Shown here: positions 12,931-26,419 of the stretch, piece by piece
Numbering within the stretch: position 1 is the first letter of the stretch
Layout: the number at the start of each line of letters is the position of its first letter
Assembly: GCF_036321535.1 (NCBI RefSeq)
Contig: NC_087439.1
Span: 41,664,001 to 41,728,000 of the forward strand
Direction of reading: 5' to 3'
Length of the DNA stretch: 64,000 nt
From: Camelus dromedarius
Taxonomy: Eukaryota
The notes under the pieces: generated by a model
Told to the model about the DNA's origin: nothing
Databases searched by the model: none
What the model saw: only the letters and a program-made list of their open reading frames with translations
Translations under genes and position numbers: made by a program

Positions 12931-15900
12931 AAGTAGTAAAGAGTTTTATGGCTTACTTATTTTGAATTCTTTGAATCTGGCTATTTAATCTATTCTTAGT
13001 TATATAGAGATTTTCTGAAAATAATTTTGAGCTAGTGTTTCATATTGTGAAGATGATTCTATTTATAATCTGAGCTAATAGAGGCTACATTTTTGTGAAG
13101 TCTACATCTCAGAGCCCTATTAAATCTGGGAAGTACCAGAAATGGTTCTCAGTTTTTCAGTGTGAAAATATCAAAGCTTCTCCAAGATTCACAACTAAAT
13201 TCTATATATTTATTTGGGAGAGTTGAAAGTTGGAGTAATGTGTATTTAAATTCAAGAGACCAATTTGAAAGTTTACACCTATAGTCAATTAATCCAAGTT
13301 AATAGTAACTGTCTGCTAATGAAACTATGCTGATACAGAACTTGGCCTCTCTGGTATAGAAAGTTCGGGGCTTTCCATGCCAGAGAGTCAATTTTTTGCT
13401 TTGCTTAAGAAACATACCCTAGTTACTCAACTTTAATTTAAGCTTAAATGTGGTAGCTCTCAATTACATATAGCATTGTTGTTCTCAATGAGCTGTTTCA
13501 CTTTTCTTCTATGTTATTCTACTTAAATCTTCACAAAATTGCTGAAAGATACATCTCCTTACTAGCACTCAAATTGGGAAGAATTGAAGGGGTGGGGAAC
13601 ATGACACAATCTAGCATGACAAGATGACAGAGACTGTGTATTCTCTACCCATTAAAACCCCCTACAAGGCCACACAGGCTCTAGAGTACAATGAAGGTTC
13701 ATTGTTATGGCAGCCTAAAGGAGCTTTTGGTCTTTCTCAAGTCCACATTGTGTCCTCTCACATTTGTATTGATGTCTAGAGATCATCATCAAAATGACCT
13801 TGGAAATGTGCAGAGGAAAAGAAATGATCAGCCCAGCCCACAGGTTTTCCTGCAGTCTGTTGCTCCTTACTGAAGAATCATAACATTTTAAAGTGGGAGG
13901 CTTATCAAGTCTTTAGCAATTCAATTACCATTATATGTGTAGGACCTTGAATATTCTAAGATCTGGCTTAATAACCCAAACTTTAGCCAGGATTGAAAGA
14001 TGTAGTAAAACGATAAACATTCTTCCCAGACCATAATAATCATTATTAATGATTTGAGGATGAAAACAAAGACATTAATTTAAAAACCCACAAAATTTTC
14101 AAATGTCACTGGCCATGGCATGAACAAAAAAAGAAAAGAAAGAAATGAATGCCAACTGAGAAGGCAAAAATGTGACTTTGATATTGTAGAATATTATTGT
14201 AAATAAAGCCTTATTTTAGAGAGCAGTGCAATACATCAGTGAGCCTGTGCATGAATTATGATGTGATCCTATGGGAAAAAGNNNNNNNNNNNNNNNNNNN
14301 NNNNNNNNNNNNNNNNNNNNNNNNNNNNNNNNNNNNNNNNNNNNNNNNNNNNNNNNNNNNNNNNNNNNNNNNNNNNNNNNNNNNNNNNNNNNNNNNNNNN
14401 NNNNNNNNNNNNNNNNNNNNNNNNNNNNNATGTTTCACATAAATGTGAACAAAAATGTGCTTACATCTTTCCTGCTGACAACAGAGCAAGCCAAAAAAGG
14501 CTTAATTTGCTGAGTGGAAATGAAGATTGATCCATCTTTGTTTTCTAGAACACTGTCAGGGCACAAATTCTTTTATTTCTATATTTAGGCTAACATAGAT
14601 AAATTTTCACTGGAGACATCTGGACCAACTCTTCCAAATCTTCCCCATTCCTTGCTGTCCTACTTTCTCCCTCTGTCCCAAGCACACATTCACTGGCTGT
14701 GTCTTAGGAGGCCACTGTCACTCTGTAGGTGAGTCGTGCTCGCTCATCAGTTGCTCTGCACTGGATTCAGGGCTCTGACAGGAACAGCTATTTGATAAAG
14801 TGACAGCGGTCCACTTTTCCTCGAACAGAGTGTCTCTGCATTTTTGTTTTATCACACAGTCTCACCTTCTCCACCTCACCTTCTGAAGAAGACTTATTTT
14901 CTTTTACCTCTGCAGTTACTCTTTCAGATCCACCTTCTCTTACCTTTTTCTGTCATCTGCTTCCAGAGCTAGACAGCTTTCACTGTCCCTTTCTGTGCTC
15001 TCATTCTTTGATTCCAAATCTGCCTGAGCTTTAAATGTAATTCCAAGGTCATCCCCCATGGAGTGTGGAAGCTCCTAGTTTCGCACTTGCCAGATCAGGC
15101 TAATCCCCTCATCATTTCATCTCCACTCAGAGCCCTAGGGGAGGCACGCTGTTATGTGTGCTCCCCACCCCAATGTGAATTCTGTAAAAGAGGGTTGAAA
15201 CAGAAAATTTTAAAAGTTCTCACTAAGAGAAAATGAAGTAGCCTCCACACCTTATTTCCATAGTGCTTTATCTATTTCTCCCCAAATCATTGTCTCCCCC
15301 AACACCCAAGGGAACAGTGGGGGCTCCTGCTGTTTGACTCTCTACCACTCATCTTTCTCCTCTGTTGTCCCTAAGTGCCACATCACAAGTGGAGACGGAG
15401 AAATTACACATTAAAAACTCCCATGTAGAGTCAAAAGGCCCTGAAGATCTTGATAACTATATCTTTCTAATTCTAGTTGTTCATTGCTAAAATAGAAAGC
15501 TGAGAGCAGAATAAAATTGTATTCCCAGAGGAATCTAAATGGTAGCACTTCATAGCAAACAAAAAATTACGTTCACTGATTTACAAACCCTATGGCTATA
15601 TCATGAAATACTGGGTTGCCACTCTGGATCTGGGAGCAAAACAGGAATATATAGATTATTCCAGAAAGAACACCTCAGAACTCCATACAAGTTTAGGCTG
15701 TAATGTCATCCTGTTCTCAAATGAGCCAGATACATGAAAGGAAATCTTCAGAGAGCATTTAAAGAGTTGCCAAAGAAATACAGAAATTCAATAAATAGGA
15801 AAAGTGTGAAAAGTGTTCACATTTATTTTTAATGAGGAGTCCAGCCTATTAATTCTCATGACATGATTAGAAACAACAAGAGGGTCTACATCCTTGCTTT

Positions 15901-16439
15901 ATGAAGACTTTATGAAAAACACTCTCCTCCAAAATATTGAGAACTCACATTGCTGGGAAGGCTAGTGTTCTGACAAAAATCTCTGATCAATTCTCTTGCC
16001 CTACATTTTTCATCTATTAGCATGCTGGACAGACTGGCTCAAATGGAAACTTAATTAAAAGAAAAAAATTATTACTTTTTCTGCAAATAGGTAAATCATG
16101 ATTTTTATGGACTTCCTCATTAATGGAAGTGTATAATATACTAAAATCATCTCATCACAGAATTCTACTTCCTGGAGCTCACAGGCTCACCCTCTTCAGG
16201 CTCCTGCAGGTGTCTCCATCAGTAATCTGGGTAGCAGGCCGGCCATTTATCCTAGCGTAATGCTCATCCTCCATCAGCCAGTACAAAGGGGAGATGTGTT
16301 GGCAACATAGTTGTCAGCTATGGACTGGTTAGGATAATAGAAGTGAATATTTATTGAGCACTCTGGAAATCAGTTTATATTCGTGTCTCCTTGAATCTAA
16401 AAGGTACAAACTATCATTCTCTCCCTATACAGCCATCTA

Positions 16440-17694
16440 CAGACTCCATATCTTCCCCTCCTTCCCTGAAAATTTTAGTTCTTGTCTCACTGTTACACTT
16501 CCTAACATCATCCTTTCATAATTCTTGGTTATATCAATGTCCACGTAGATAAGCCTTCCAGTGGTAGTTTTGTGACTGCCTTCTCTAAGAGCATTATTGT
16601 TACTTTCCTCCTGTGTCAATATCATACAATTTTTCATAACCAATAATTACAACTCTTCTGTGATTTCAATCTCAACCACCCCATTTCTCTAACTTCCTCC
16701 TATCTTTCTAGCCCCTTCTGTCTGGTTATCTGATTCTTATAATTCTCCAACCCTACTAGGAACTACCATGCAGGGATCCCACCACCCTTCCACTAATGTC
16801 TTTTTTCTTTCTGACATAAACTAGATTCCATGGCTTATCATTGTAATCACTTCCTTAAATTGACCCTCAATGCCCTTTGCCCATCTCTCTTGCTTCATAG
16901 TACGTTCCTGGCATGAACTCAGTCTAGGTTCAATCTAATGCTGCCTGTTTCAGACCTGTTTCCTGCTGAACAGGACTGGAGAAAAATGTACAACTATGCT
17001 GATTTATTTCTATTTAAATTCAAAACCACTAATTTCAACTGAACCTTGGTAGTAGCCACTAATCCTATCTTATTTTCTAGGTCAAGTAAGTCCCTTCCTA
17101 TTCAGAAGACATTCTTTCATTTCTTATTAAAAAAAAAACCCCAACACCTCCCTCTGCCATCTTTATGATCAGTTTATCATCTTGCTTCCTATTTCACTGA
17201 GAAAATAGAAGCAGAAGAGAAATTTCATAGGTTCTCCTCCAAATCTCTACCTTCTGTTTGTCACTATGGATGAACTGTTTATGTTTCTATCCAAGGCCAG
17301 ACACTCAACTTATATACTTGATCTCTTTCCTTGTTGCCTACATAAAAATACTGCTCAGGTAAGATAACTCTTTTCTCCTGTATCATCACTATTTCCCTCT
17401 CCTATATCATTTCTATCAGCATGTAAGTATGCTTTTATTTTCCCTTTAAAAGTGAAGTCTCTTTTCTGCCACTTCACCTTCCATCTGTGCCTCATTTTTC
17501 TCTACCCACTTAGTGAGACTCCTTGAAAGAGGTATTTACACTTTCTTGTCAGGTGTTGCCCTACCACTTCATCAAAACTGCTCATCAAGGTCACAGTGTC
17601 CTTCGTGTTTCTAAATATAATTGTAAATTCTCAGTCTTCCACTTACCTGACCCATCAGTAGCTTTGGAGAGAGTTGATCACTTCCTCCTGTGTG

Positions 17695-17754
<60 letters not shown>

Positions 17755-18965
17755 TTAACTTTCTTTACTTTGCTACCAAGAAAGCACACTTCTGGTTTTC
17801 CTCTTGCCATGTTTGCTGGTTCTTCTCAGTTTCCTTTGCTGGTTATTTCTCATTTCCCCAGTCACTAAACATTGGGGTAAACAGGACACAGTCCACAGAC
17901 TGCCTTTCTTCTCTATCCACAATCTAGAGGCTTCACATTTTATTTATTCACTGGAAAAGGTTTATCTTTAGCTTAAAGTCCTTCCATAAACTTTAACTCA
18001 TACATATAGGTATATAGGTAGAACTACCTGTTTGACATCTCCACTTAAATATGTAATAGACATCTCAAAGTTTGACCTAACCTAAATTCCTATTCTTACT
18101 CATCCTTTGGAAAGCTTTTGCAGTCTTTCCCAGCATGAAGCACTAACACCTTTCTTGTAATTGCACAGGTGAGACTCCTTGGAGTCAAGGTTGTCTCCTG
18201 TCTTTTCCCTCACCCAACATCTAAGAAGTCTTTGATGCTACTTGAAAATATATTCAGAATAAACCATGTCTTACCACCTTCACCTGATTCAAGCTTCCAT
18301 CATTTTTCATCTGTATTATTGTAACAGCCTCCTAACTAGCCCCTCTTTCTACCCTTACTCTCCTACAGTGTCTTTTCAACACAGCAGCCAGAGTCATCTG
18401 TAACATTCAGATCATTCACTTTTCTGCTCCAGACCTTCCAGTGAATCTCAGAGTCCTTACAGTGAGAGCACTGTCTGCTGCTTCTCTCCCGCCCTGACCA
18501 CTTCACCCATGTGCCTGACCTAGTCTCCTCCTCACTCCCTCGCTCACGCATCTCCAACATTCTCGCCTCCTTGTGATTTCTGAGACAAGCCAGATCCTTT
18601 GTATTTGCTATTTCTTTTTTTCTGGAATTCTCTTCACTGCAGATATCCTCATGGCTCACTTCCTCCCCTTCCTCAGGTCTTTGCTCAAATACCACTTCTC
18701 GGTGAGGCTTTCCCTAATCACTCTATCTGAAATTTGACAACTGCCTCCTCCATCCCAACACTTCATCCCTATCCACTGTGCACTTACCACTGAATGATAT
18801 GCTGCATATTTTATTTAGTTATTTTCTTGTTACCTATTTATTCTTTTTCCCCTTCTTCTCCTACATCCACTAGAATGAAAGTTCCTTGAAAGCAAGACAT
18901 TTTTGTGCCTAGAAAAATGCCTGAAACATAGTCTATGTCTTATAAGTATTTTTTCATGAATGAAT
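16440..18965 (+). mobile_element. Long (~2.5 kb) L2 LINE remnant, RT region through 3' tail
   Basis: Characteristic L2 RT wording (ctgctcatcaaggtcacagtgtcc...cttacctgacccatcagtagctttgg...gatcacttcctcc) and 3' end (ctagaatgaaagttccttgaaagcaagac...tgaatgaat). Confidence 0.88.
17695..17754. repeat. (AGAT)15 perfect tetranucleotide microsatellite
   Basis: 60 nt counted as 15 uninterrupted units, inside the L2. Confidence 0.97.
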
Positions 18966-19075
18966 TGACTTTCCATTTTAAATATGAGGCTTAGAAAGCA
19001 TAAACCCAAACCCATAGAGCAAGTGAGCTGTGCTGCTGGGAATGGAACCCAGGCACGCTGAATCCCATGCCTTGT
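18966..19075 (-). mobile_element. Degraded MIR SINE
   Basis: ccatttttaaatatgaggcttagaaag...ggaatggaacccaggc resembles the reversed MIR core. Confidence 0.55.
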
Positions 19076-19254
19076 CCACACTCCGCATGGCTTACCAAGT
19101 ACTCTTCACCTACACCTGTTCACCAGATAGTGGAGTAAGAGCTAGAGTGGCAGTGACCAACCATACCTTGCTTACTAATTCATGGCGAAGCTGGGACAGT
19201 TACAGAAGAGAGAATTTGGACTTTCAACACAATTGGAAAATAAAAAGGAAACAA

Positions 19255-20400
19255 TGAGGAAAGGCTCTTAGAACAGTTTTATGCATTTAGAGGCTGAATT
19301 TTATTATATGAGTAGGAATAGCCAGAGAAAAAAGAGGAGATATTTTAGGTGATAGGAATAGCAATGTGAAAAGACGTGGAGGTATACATAGTTGCATTTT
19401 ATGTTCAGTGCCCTATTAGTAGGAGGTGGGAAAGCATACAGGGCTTGATAGAAGGTAAGACTGAGGCAGAAAGCAGAGTCCATATGGTGGAAGGTCTTGG
19501 GGCCATGCTAAGTATCCTGATAGTAAGTCACTCAGGAATTTAGCGGCAGAGAGGAGAGTCCTTTGATTACGTTTGTTTTGAGATTGCCCACCCGGTGGCA
19601 GATGTGAAGAGGGAGACTAGGGACTAGACCAGCATGATGGTCTAGCTCAGTGAAAAGGCTGGGGAAAGACAGCAGTGGTAGGGATGCCTCTAGGAGTAAA
19701 ACTAAGGAAGATTTGGTGAAGAAGTCAGTGCCTAATTAAACAGAATTAGCAGTGAAGGCAGGAAAGCATTGAGAATGATTCTGAGTTTCTTGGCTTCAGC
19801 AACAGGGGTGGTGTTGCTGGACTAAGATATGAAACAAAAGAGAAGCGTGTCAGATGAGAATGACTACAGGTTCATTGTCTGACATGGTGACTTTGAGATA
19901 CCTCAGGGAAATCCAAGTGGTAAAATGACTCTGAAGTCTAAAGAGAGGTCAAGACTCGAGATGGAGACATAGAGGCGGTCTGCATAAAAGGGAAAGTCAT
20001 ATCCTGGGAATGAATCAGACTGCCAAGGACAGGAGAACAGGGAACAGGAAGCAGTGGGTGGAAAACGCTGGGGAATACCTGGTGGTCATGGTTGCCGGAA
20101 AGATGGCTGGATGAAGAGGAGCCTGCCATGGCAACCAAGAGTCACAAGTTGGGAAAGTGTAAGATGGCTGGGGGAATATAATACAAGTGACAGAAATAGA
20201 ACACTTTTAAAAAGGTTGAAAAAATAAAGGGAAAGTTTCTTCTGGAAAAGTCAATTTTAAAGGAATGGTGGAAGCAGATGCCTTATTGAAGAATAGATGG
20301 GAGATGAAAATTAGAGTAATTTACGAAGATACTGGGTATGAAGAGAGAAGTGGAGCAGTACCAAGATGGCAGTGTACAAAAGCTTTGGCTTTTTTTTTCA
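19255..20400 (-). mobile_element. Old L2 LINE fragment
   Basis: Purine-rich L2 minus-strand wording (gagaatgattctgagtttcttggctt; gacatggtgactttgagatacctcagggaaatccaagtgg). Confidence 0.7.
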
Positions 20401-20640
20401 AATGAGATGAGGAGGTGTGTGCTGGGCTGGTATTTATCCTATACTCAACAAAATTATTCACTAGTTGCTTATGGCTCCTACTAGATCTGATTGGCGAATT
20501 TATCTATTCTGATTGGTCAGAATCCAGAATCACAGTCAGCACACAGAGTTATTGCTAAATATTTTCAATATTCTCCTTAGTGTGATTTTGGCTAAGGGGA
20601 AGAAAGTAGAAAAGGAGTGGTTGAAGTTATGGAAGAGCAG

Positions 20641-20973
20641 CAAAGGTTAGCAAACTAAATCTGAAAGCCAAATTTGATCCACTACTTCTTTTCATATGAC
20701 CCTCAAAGAATGGTTTTACATTTTTTAATGATTGAAAAAATGAAAATTAGCAGAACACTTCATGACCCATAACCATTTTATGAATTCAAATTTCAGTTTC
20801 CATGTGTAAAGTTGTATTGGAACATAGACACATCGATTTGTTTACATCCTGTCTACAGTTGCTTTTGCATTGCAACCACAGAGTTGAGTGGTTGTGACAG
20901 CAACCATATGTCTCACAAAAGCCTAAAATATTTACTGTCTGGTCTATTACAGAAAAAAACTTGTTGACCACTA
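20641..20973 (+). mobile_element. MER58B-like hAT-Charlie DNA transposon
   Basis: Termini caaaggttagcaaact...ttgttgaccacta. Internal gagttgagtggttgtgacagcaaccatatgtctcacaaaagcctaaaatatttactgtctgg matches MER58, and the extra aagaatggttttacatttt segment is typical of the B form. Confidence 0.88.
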
Positions 20974-21194
20974 ATTTATAGTACAATTTGTGCAAAGAGA
21001 GAGGGAGAAGATGGGATAGGGGCATATGCAGAGGTATTGGCCTTGAACAGGAAAAAGGCTACTTCATCCTAGGAGACGAAGAAAGGCTGATGCGATTGTG
21101 CCAATGTAAACAGTTTTCTAGGTGCTGGAGGAGGAGAGGGGAGCTCCGCCCCACCGCACACACCCCACACTCTAAGTGAAATGTGTTAGCTGCC

Positions 21195-21310
21195 TTCGAT
21201 CATGACATTCTAGAGGACAAAAACGGTGTCGTATTCATCTCTGTCTCCCCCACAGCTTTTCAGCACAGCGCCTTTCTTTCAGTCAGTCTCACTAAATATT
21301 TAATTGAATC
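21195..21310 (+). mobile_element. L2 3' tail fragment
   Basis: ttctagaggacaaaaacggtgtcgtattcatctctgtctccc...taaatatttaattgaat. Confidence 0.6.
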
Positions 21311-22064
21311 CCAGGTGAAACTCTATTATAAGCACATTCCTAGAAACCTCTGCCCTTAGGGCCTTGCATTTAATTCTCTTACTATCTGAGCCCGCATTTA
21401 TTAAAGTTTGATGTTATGTTTAGAGGTGTAAGGAAAATGGAAGCTGGCTTCTTATTCAGTCAATTTCCAGTTTGCTAAATGGAGTCAGTATAGTCAGAGA
21501 GAGTTAATATGCTTATTAAAATTGGCCTGTTGTTCCCCTTTTTCAGCCTGAATAGCTCTGTAAATCACTAAGGGGTTTTAAGAATAAATACTATACAAAT
21601 ATAAGGTATTAATACAGGTATTTTTAAGCTACTAACAATGTAAAAAGAAAATAGGAAACAAAGAAGAGTTGAAAAGTTAAGGAGGAAAAATTATTACAGA
21701 GTAGGATATATAGCAGCCCTTAGTTATTTTATTTAGCCAGCATCATGAGTTTTAAGAGTTTGAATTTTAACACCCTTGGGTATATACTACTTCTTCACTG
21801 CCATTGTCACAGTTTCTACTGTCTTATACCTGCTCATACAAATACATTGCCAGCCTGGACCTAAAAAATATTTAAATTTGTAATTGCTAATGAACAGTTA
21901 TCTGAAAGCATAAGAACAGTACCAGTTTGAGGTTTATTTTTGTCATGACTTAAATATCCATGCATACACATAAATACAAGATTATTTATTTGAATATACA
22001 TAAGTTAACCCCAATCACCCAAATCATCAGATCTCTCTTGTTTACTTAAAAAGTAGCAGCTTGA

Positions 22065-22172
22065 CAGTGGTAATCATATTGCAATACATAACTATATCAA
22101 ACTAACACATTGTATACCTTAAACCTACACAATGTTATATGCCAATTATAACTTAATAAATAAATAAATAAG
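22065..22172 (+). mobile_element. Short L1 (L1MA-like) 3' end
   Basis: gtggtaatcatattgcaatacataactatatcaaactaacacattgtataccttaaacctacacaatgttatatgccaattata followed by an (AATA)n tail. Confidence 0.85.
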
Positions 22173-23379
22173 CACCAACATTTAAAAAAAAATAACAGCA
22201 TGTATGTGAAAGTGTCAGTGATATTACCTATTAATCTATTGTAAATGTGACAATTAATTTTGCAAGCTCAGTTATCTAATGTTCTTTAGCCCCCCAATAA
22301 ATCTTTGCATCTCCAAAGGGGGCATATATATATATATATATGTGATGACCTACAATGATATTCATCTTGGCGTGATCATCCTTATCATTAATATTGCTGA
22401 AAAGAATACTCTGAAGTGACGATAGCATAATAAAGCCCAACCACAGAGAATGTATCTACATATACAACATAATAGCAACTAGGCACATTTTCATATGCCC
22501 ATGCTGTAGCCTCTCATCTAGAAACTTGTCGAACTCATCTAAAGTACCGCACAAACTTACAATAAAGTGATGTGTCAGGAGCTGTTGAGAGAGAAGGAGA
22601 GAAACATGTGCAAAGGGAAAAAAAGCAAAATATTTTGCCTGTTAATCAGTTCACATGGGATATAGGGATTGAAATACAGGAGTTTTTGTTTCTTCTTTCT
22701 GATTGCATTACTTTCAACAAATAAAAAGTTTAGGATCCTTGCCACTTTCTTCAGTAAATCACTCTGGTACCAGAAAGCAAAACAAAACAAAACAGTGCTT
22801 GGTCTGTGAAGGTGAGCGAAACAGCAATAAAAGCAGTCTATCGACTGTTGATCTCTACTGACAGAGGTGCAGCTTTAAGATCACTTGTTCTAAATGGTAT
22901 CAAACACCTCATAGGTAAAGGCTAGGAGAAATAGGATATGGTTGTCAGGTGAACAGGCTTTTTATTAAGTATCTTATTTTTGGCTTTCTGACTAAATAGC
23001 GTTCAAATGCATTAGACCAAGATGAATGCTGGGAAGCTAACATTTTAAAAAATGAACAGAACATAATTTATTAGCAGACTATTCTTTAGAAAGAGTTCCA
23101 GTTATTCACAAGTAAAGAAAAAGGATGCACAATAGAACTAATAGTTGTACTAATGAGCAAAATCAGGTTCTACTGACACCATTTAGTTTTGACACATTGG
23201 AATTTAAGGGACTGTAACTAAATTAAGATGTCTATGAGAACAAATAGGGAAAATATTAAGGTTGCATTTTAAGCCATCTTCCTAGTCTCCTATTTGTCCC
23301 ATATTAGGGAATTACTCTGCACGTAATACTTCTTCAAAACTAACATCATTTTTGAAGATGACCCATGGAACTGGTCTTT

Positions 23380-23630
23380 GTAGTAAGAGAAATGGGTAGT
23401 TTGGGCCCATGGTTAGCACTCACCTCAGCCATACTTTTCATAACACCTGTGAACAATCCTTTTCTCTCCATCTCTCTTCCTGTGTCCTCGTCTATTGTGT
23501 TACTCTATAGCCAACCCAAGCCGTATGCTATCTCTTCTCTCTACCTTCAAGCCATGTAGTTCTAAGTGGTTCCACCCATGCCCCACGCCTTCCCATCTCC
23601 TGTGACAGTGTCCACCAAACCACCAGAAGT
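23380..23630 (-). mobile_element. Possible old MaLR/ERVL LTR fragment
   Basis: Reverse strand reads gggcatgggtggaaccacttagaactacatggc, MLT1-like but weak. Confidence 0.3.
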
Positions 23631-25679
23631 CAGGCTGCCATGCTGAGCTCGAGCTATTCAAATCGTTCTGTTTTTGACAGGAAGGCAGGCAACACAGTGA
23701 TCAGGTGCTAAAGTACTGTCAAAAAGCAAAGCTCAGAATATCTATGTATAGTTTGGTTAACTATTCAATCAGATATGAAATGCAGGTCTGTATGGTGAAT
23801 CAGACTTTTTCTCGCTATGTACTTGGCTTGCAGATCTGCATTGTTAGTGATTTGTCTTTAATCTCTAAACTGTTTGGTTCACTGGTGTTTATGATGTGAT
23901 TTGGCTCACTGAAGCTTAAACCTTTCAGAGGCAAAAAATGCTATTATTTTCAGATTTAGATATGGCTGTCTACTTTCATACAGTGTATTTAGGATCAGGA
24001 AACATCCCTTTAAACACTACCCTTTTATCTAACATATAAAAGGAAAGGCTTTAAATCCTTATATTAGTTACTAAGGACTACCACTTGTCAAATACATTTC
24101 TGTAGAAGAAATGGCTGTAAAAGGCCAGAGTGCCTGAGTGAAAAGAGCATTAGTCTAAGCTAAGAAAGTGGCCACTTGAAATATTTATGCCTTACTTTTC
24201 CCACCAGTAAAATGGGATAAAGTTACAAGTGGTCCTTCTTCCTTGCATGGCTACTTAAGGATGAAAGAAATGTTTAAAACATCTCAGGAGAAAATTCAAG
24301 TCCATCAAAAAGTTGAATAAATTCAAGTTACACAGCACAACCTCCCTAAAACGCCATATGAAATTGGACTTATAAAGGGAGAATGATGGAAATATTTTTC
24401 TTCTCCAAGAATGATTTCTTTCTTTTCCAATTCAGTAATGATTCTTCTGTTTATTCTGTGTTCTTGATATTCTATGAAAAGTCATTTCAATTTTGGCAAC
24501 CTACACACTGAATCCAAAAATGGATTGTTCATTTGGGTTTATTCTCTCTGTAAATATTATAAAACTACATTTATTCTCTCTTGTATGAATTTAATGACAA
24601 TGTTTATAAAATTGTTGCAATAGAGGCCATGTTATTATCTCTTTTGTTATATGAAATTCTCCACAGCTGAACTGAAATCTTAATATTTTCCACAGCACAG
24701 TATGTCCCTTGCCTCAAGAGGAAAGAATAGACAGTTGTGATAGACAAAAACTGAGGAAGAAATTTCTACTTTGTAAACCCCTTTTCTTTCTGGTCCATCT
24801 GCTGTAGGTTTGATGGGGGAGGGGATTCTCATTATCAGTCAATGTTTCAGTAAGTATTTCTTATGTTAATGACCATTAAAGTGTAGTGAACTTAATGCTG
24901 AGTGAATATAAATACAAAGCTCTCCTATATGTAATATTAGCATGTAGACATTTTAGTCTAGCTAATATACTTTTATTTAACACATGCCATGCATTGACAG
25001 AAAGCTTCTGTTGACAGAAATAGTATTCTTAAAGTGGCTTACATGTTGGCAGATGTGTTGATCCAAAATGTGAAATGTTTGTGAAGGCCCATTAGCAAAG
25101 CCCGAATACCCCTTGACATGCAAGTGTCTGCACTCTAACAGAAATCTACCTCTGCCTCCAAAGAGACCATGATAGACAAGTAAGTGTGTGCAAAATCAGA
25201 GGTGCTGCTCTTGGACATGGGAACAGTTGAAGCACATCTTTTCTGTATTTGGAAGAAAAGGAGGGAAGGGAGAATTATTGTTGGCAAAGGGGTTAGTAAG
25301 GGTGATTGGTACTTAAGGAAAAGGCCCAAGAAGTTTTATCAGTTGGAGAAATTTTTAACAAGGCTGAAAATGTGTTATCAGCTGTGGAACAGCTACTAGA
25401 GGAGAAAAATTGCAAGATATCCTGTTTGATCCAATTCTCATAACCCTGTTGTGAGGGGTGGGAGGAGGAAGTGTTTGCAGTGTTTCCAACTTTTCATCTG
25501 TTTTTTTATTGAGACAAGCTAAAAAACAGAAACTGGAAGCTGGTGTCAAACAATAATTCTGTCCTCTGAATTACAACCTGCATGTTAGGACCAGCATTAT
25601 CAAACATTCTAAAGACAGCTATCTAAAAGCTTGTGTACACTTTATGTCTATAATCTAAAAACACTTTTGCAAGAACTCG

Positions 25680-26015
25680 TTCAGCAGCATTGAGCATCTC
25701 CAGTGTGAAAGGCTTGTGGTCGGCACTAAAGATATAAATATGAATAACGCAGAACCTTTATCTTTGAGATCCCAGTTTATTGGTATCCTTCTAGAAATGC
25801 AAACACATTAATACAATATGATGTTACAAAATGGATAGTGAAGTAATAAAGACACATGAAAGAGAGAGAAAGGAATAGTCTTCTCTCCCTGTGCAAAGGA
25901 TATGGAGATGGGCTTTAAGAGAGGACAATTTTGAGCTGAGTCTTGAAGAAGGAGCAGAGTTGACCTGATGGGGAAGAAGAGAGTATAAGAAACTAGAGGA
26001 CCATCTCACAGTTAA
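25680..26015 (-). mobile_element. L2 3' fragment
   Basis: attgagcatctccagtgtgaaaggcttgtggtcggcactaaagatata...; gagctgagtcttgaagaaggagcagagttgacc. Confidence 0.65.
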
Positions 26016-26019
26016 TACT

Positions 26020-26419
26020 ATGCTGTCACTTGGATGGACCTAGAGATTATCGTTCTAAATTAATTAAGTCAGAGAAAGACAAATACTGTATATCACTTCT
26101 ATGTAGAATCTAAAAAAATGACACAAATGAACTTAATTACAAAACAGAAACAGACTCACAGACGTAGAAAACAAACTATGGTAACCAAAGGGGAAAGGAG
26201 GGGGAAGGATAAATTAAGAGTTTGGGATTTGCAGATACTAACTATATATAAAATAGATAAACAAAGTCCTACTGTATGGCATAGGGAAATACAGTCAGTA
26301 TCTTGTAATAGCCTATAATGAAAAAGAATATGAAAAGGAATATACATATGCATAACTGAATCACTATGCTGTACACCGCAAATTAACACAATATTGTAAA
26401 GCGACTGTACTATAATTAA
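26020..26419 (+). mobile_element. 5'-truncated L1 3' end (same family as 8003-8876)
   Basis: tggatggacctagagattatc...acagaaacagactcacagacgtagaaaacaaactatggtaaccaaaggggaaagg...actgaatcactatgctgtacacc. Confidence 0.92.

Noticed and set aside
25142-25179. 38-nt + strand exon-like segment with a GTAAGT donor
   Set aside because: It is isolated, has a moderate acceptor, shifts frame and has no partner exon; such sites are expected by chance in 64 kb.
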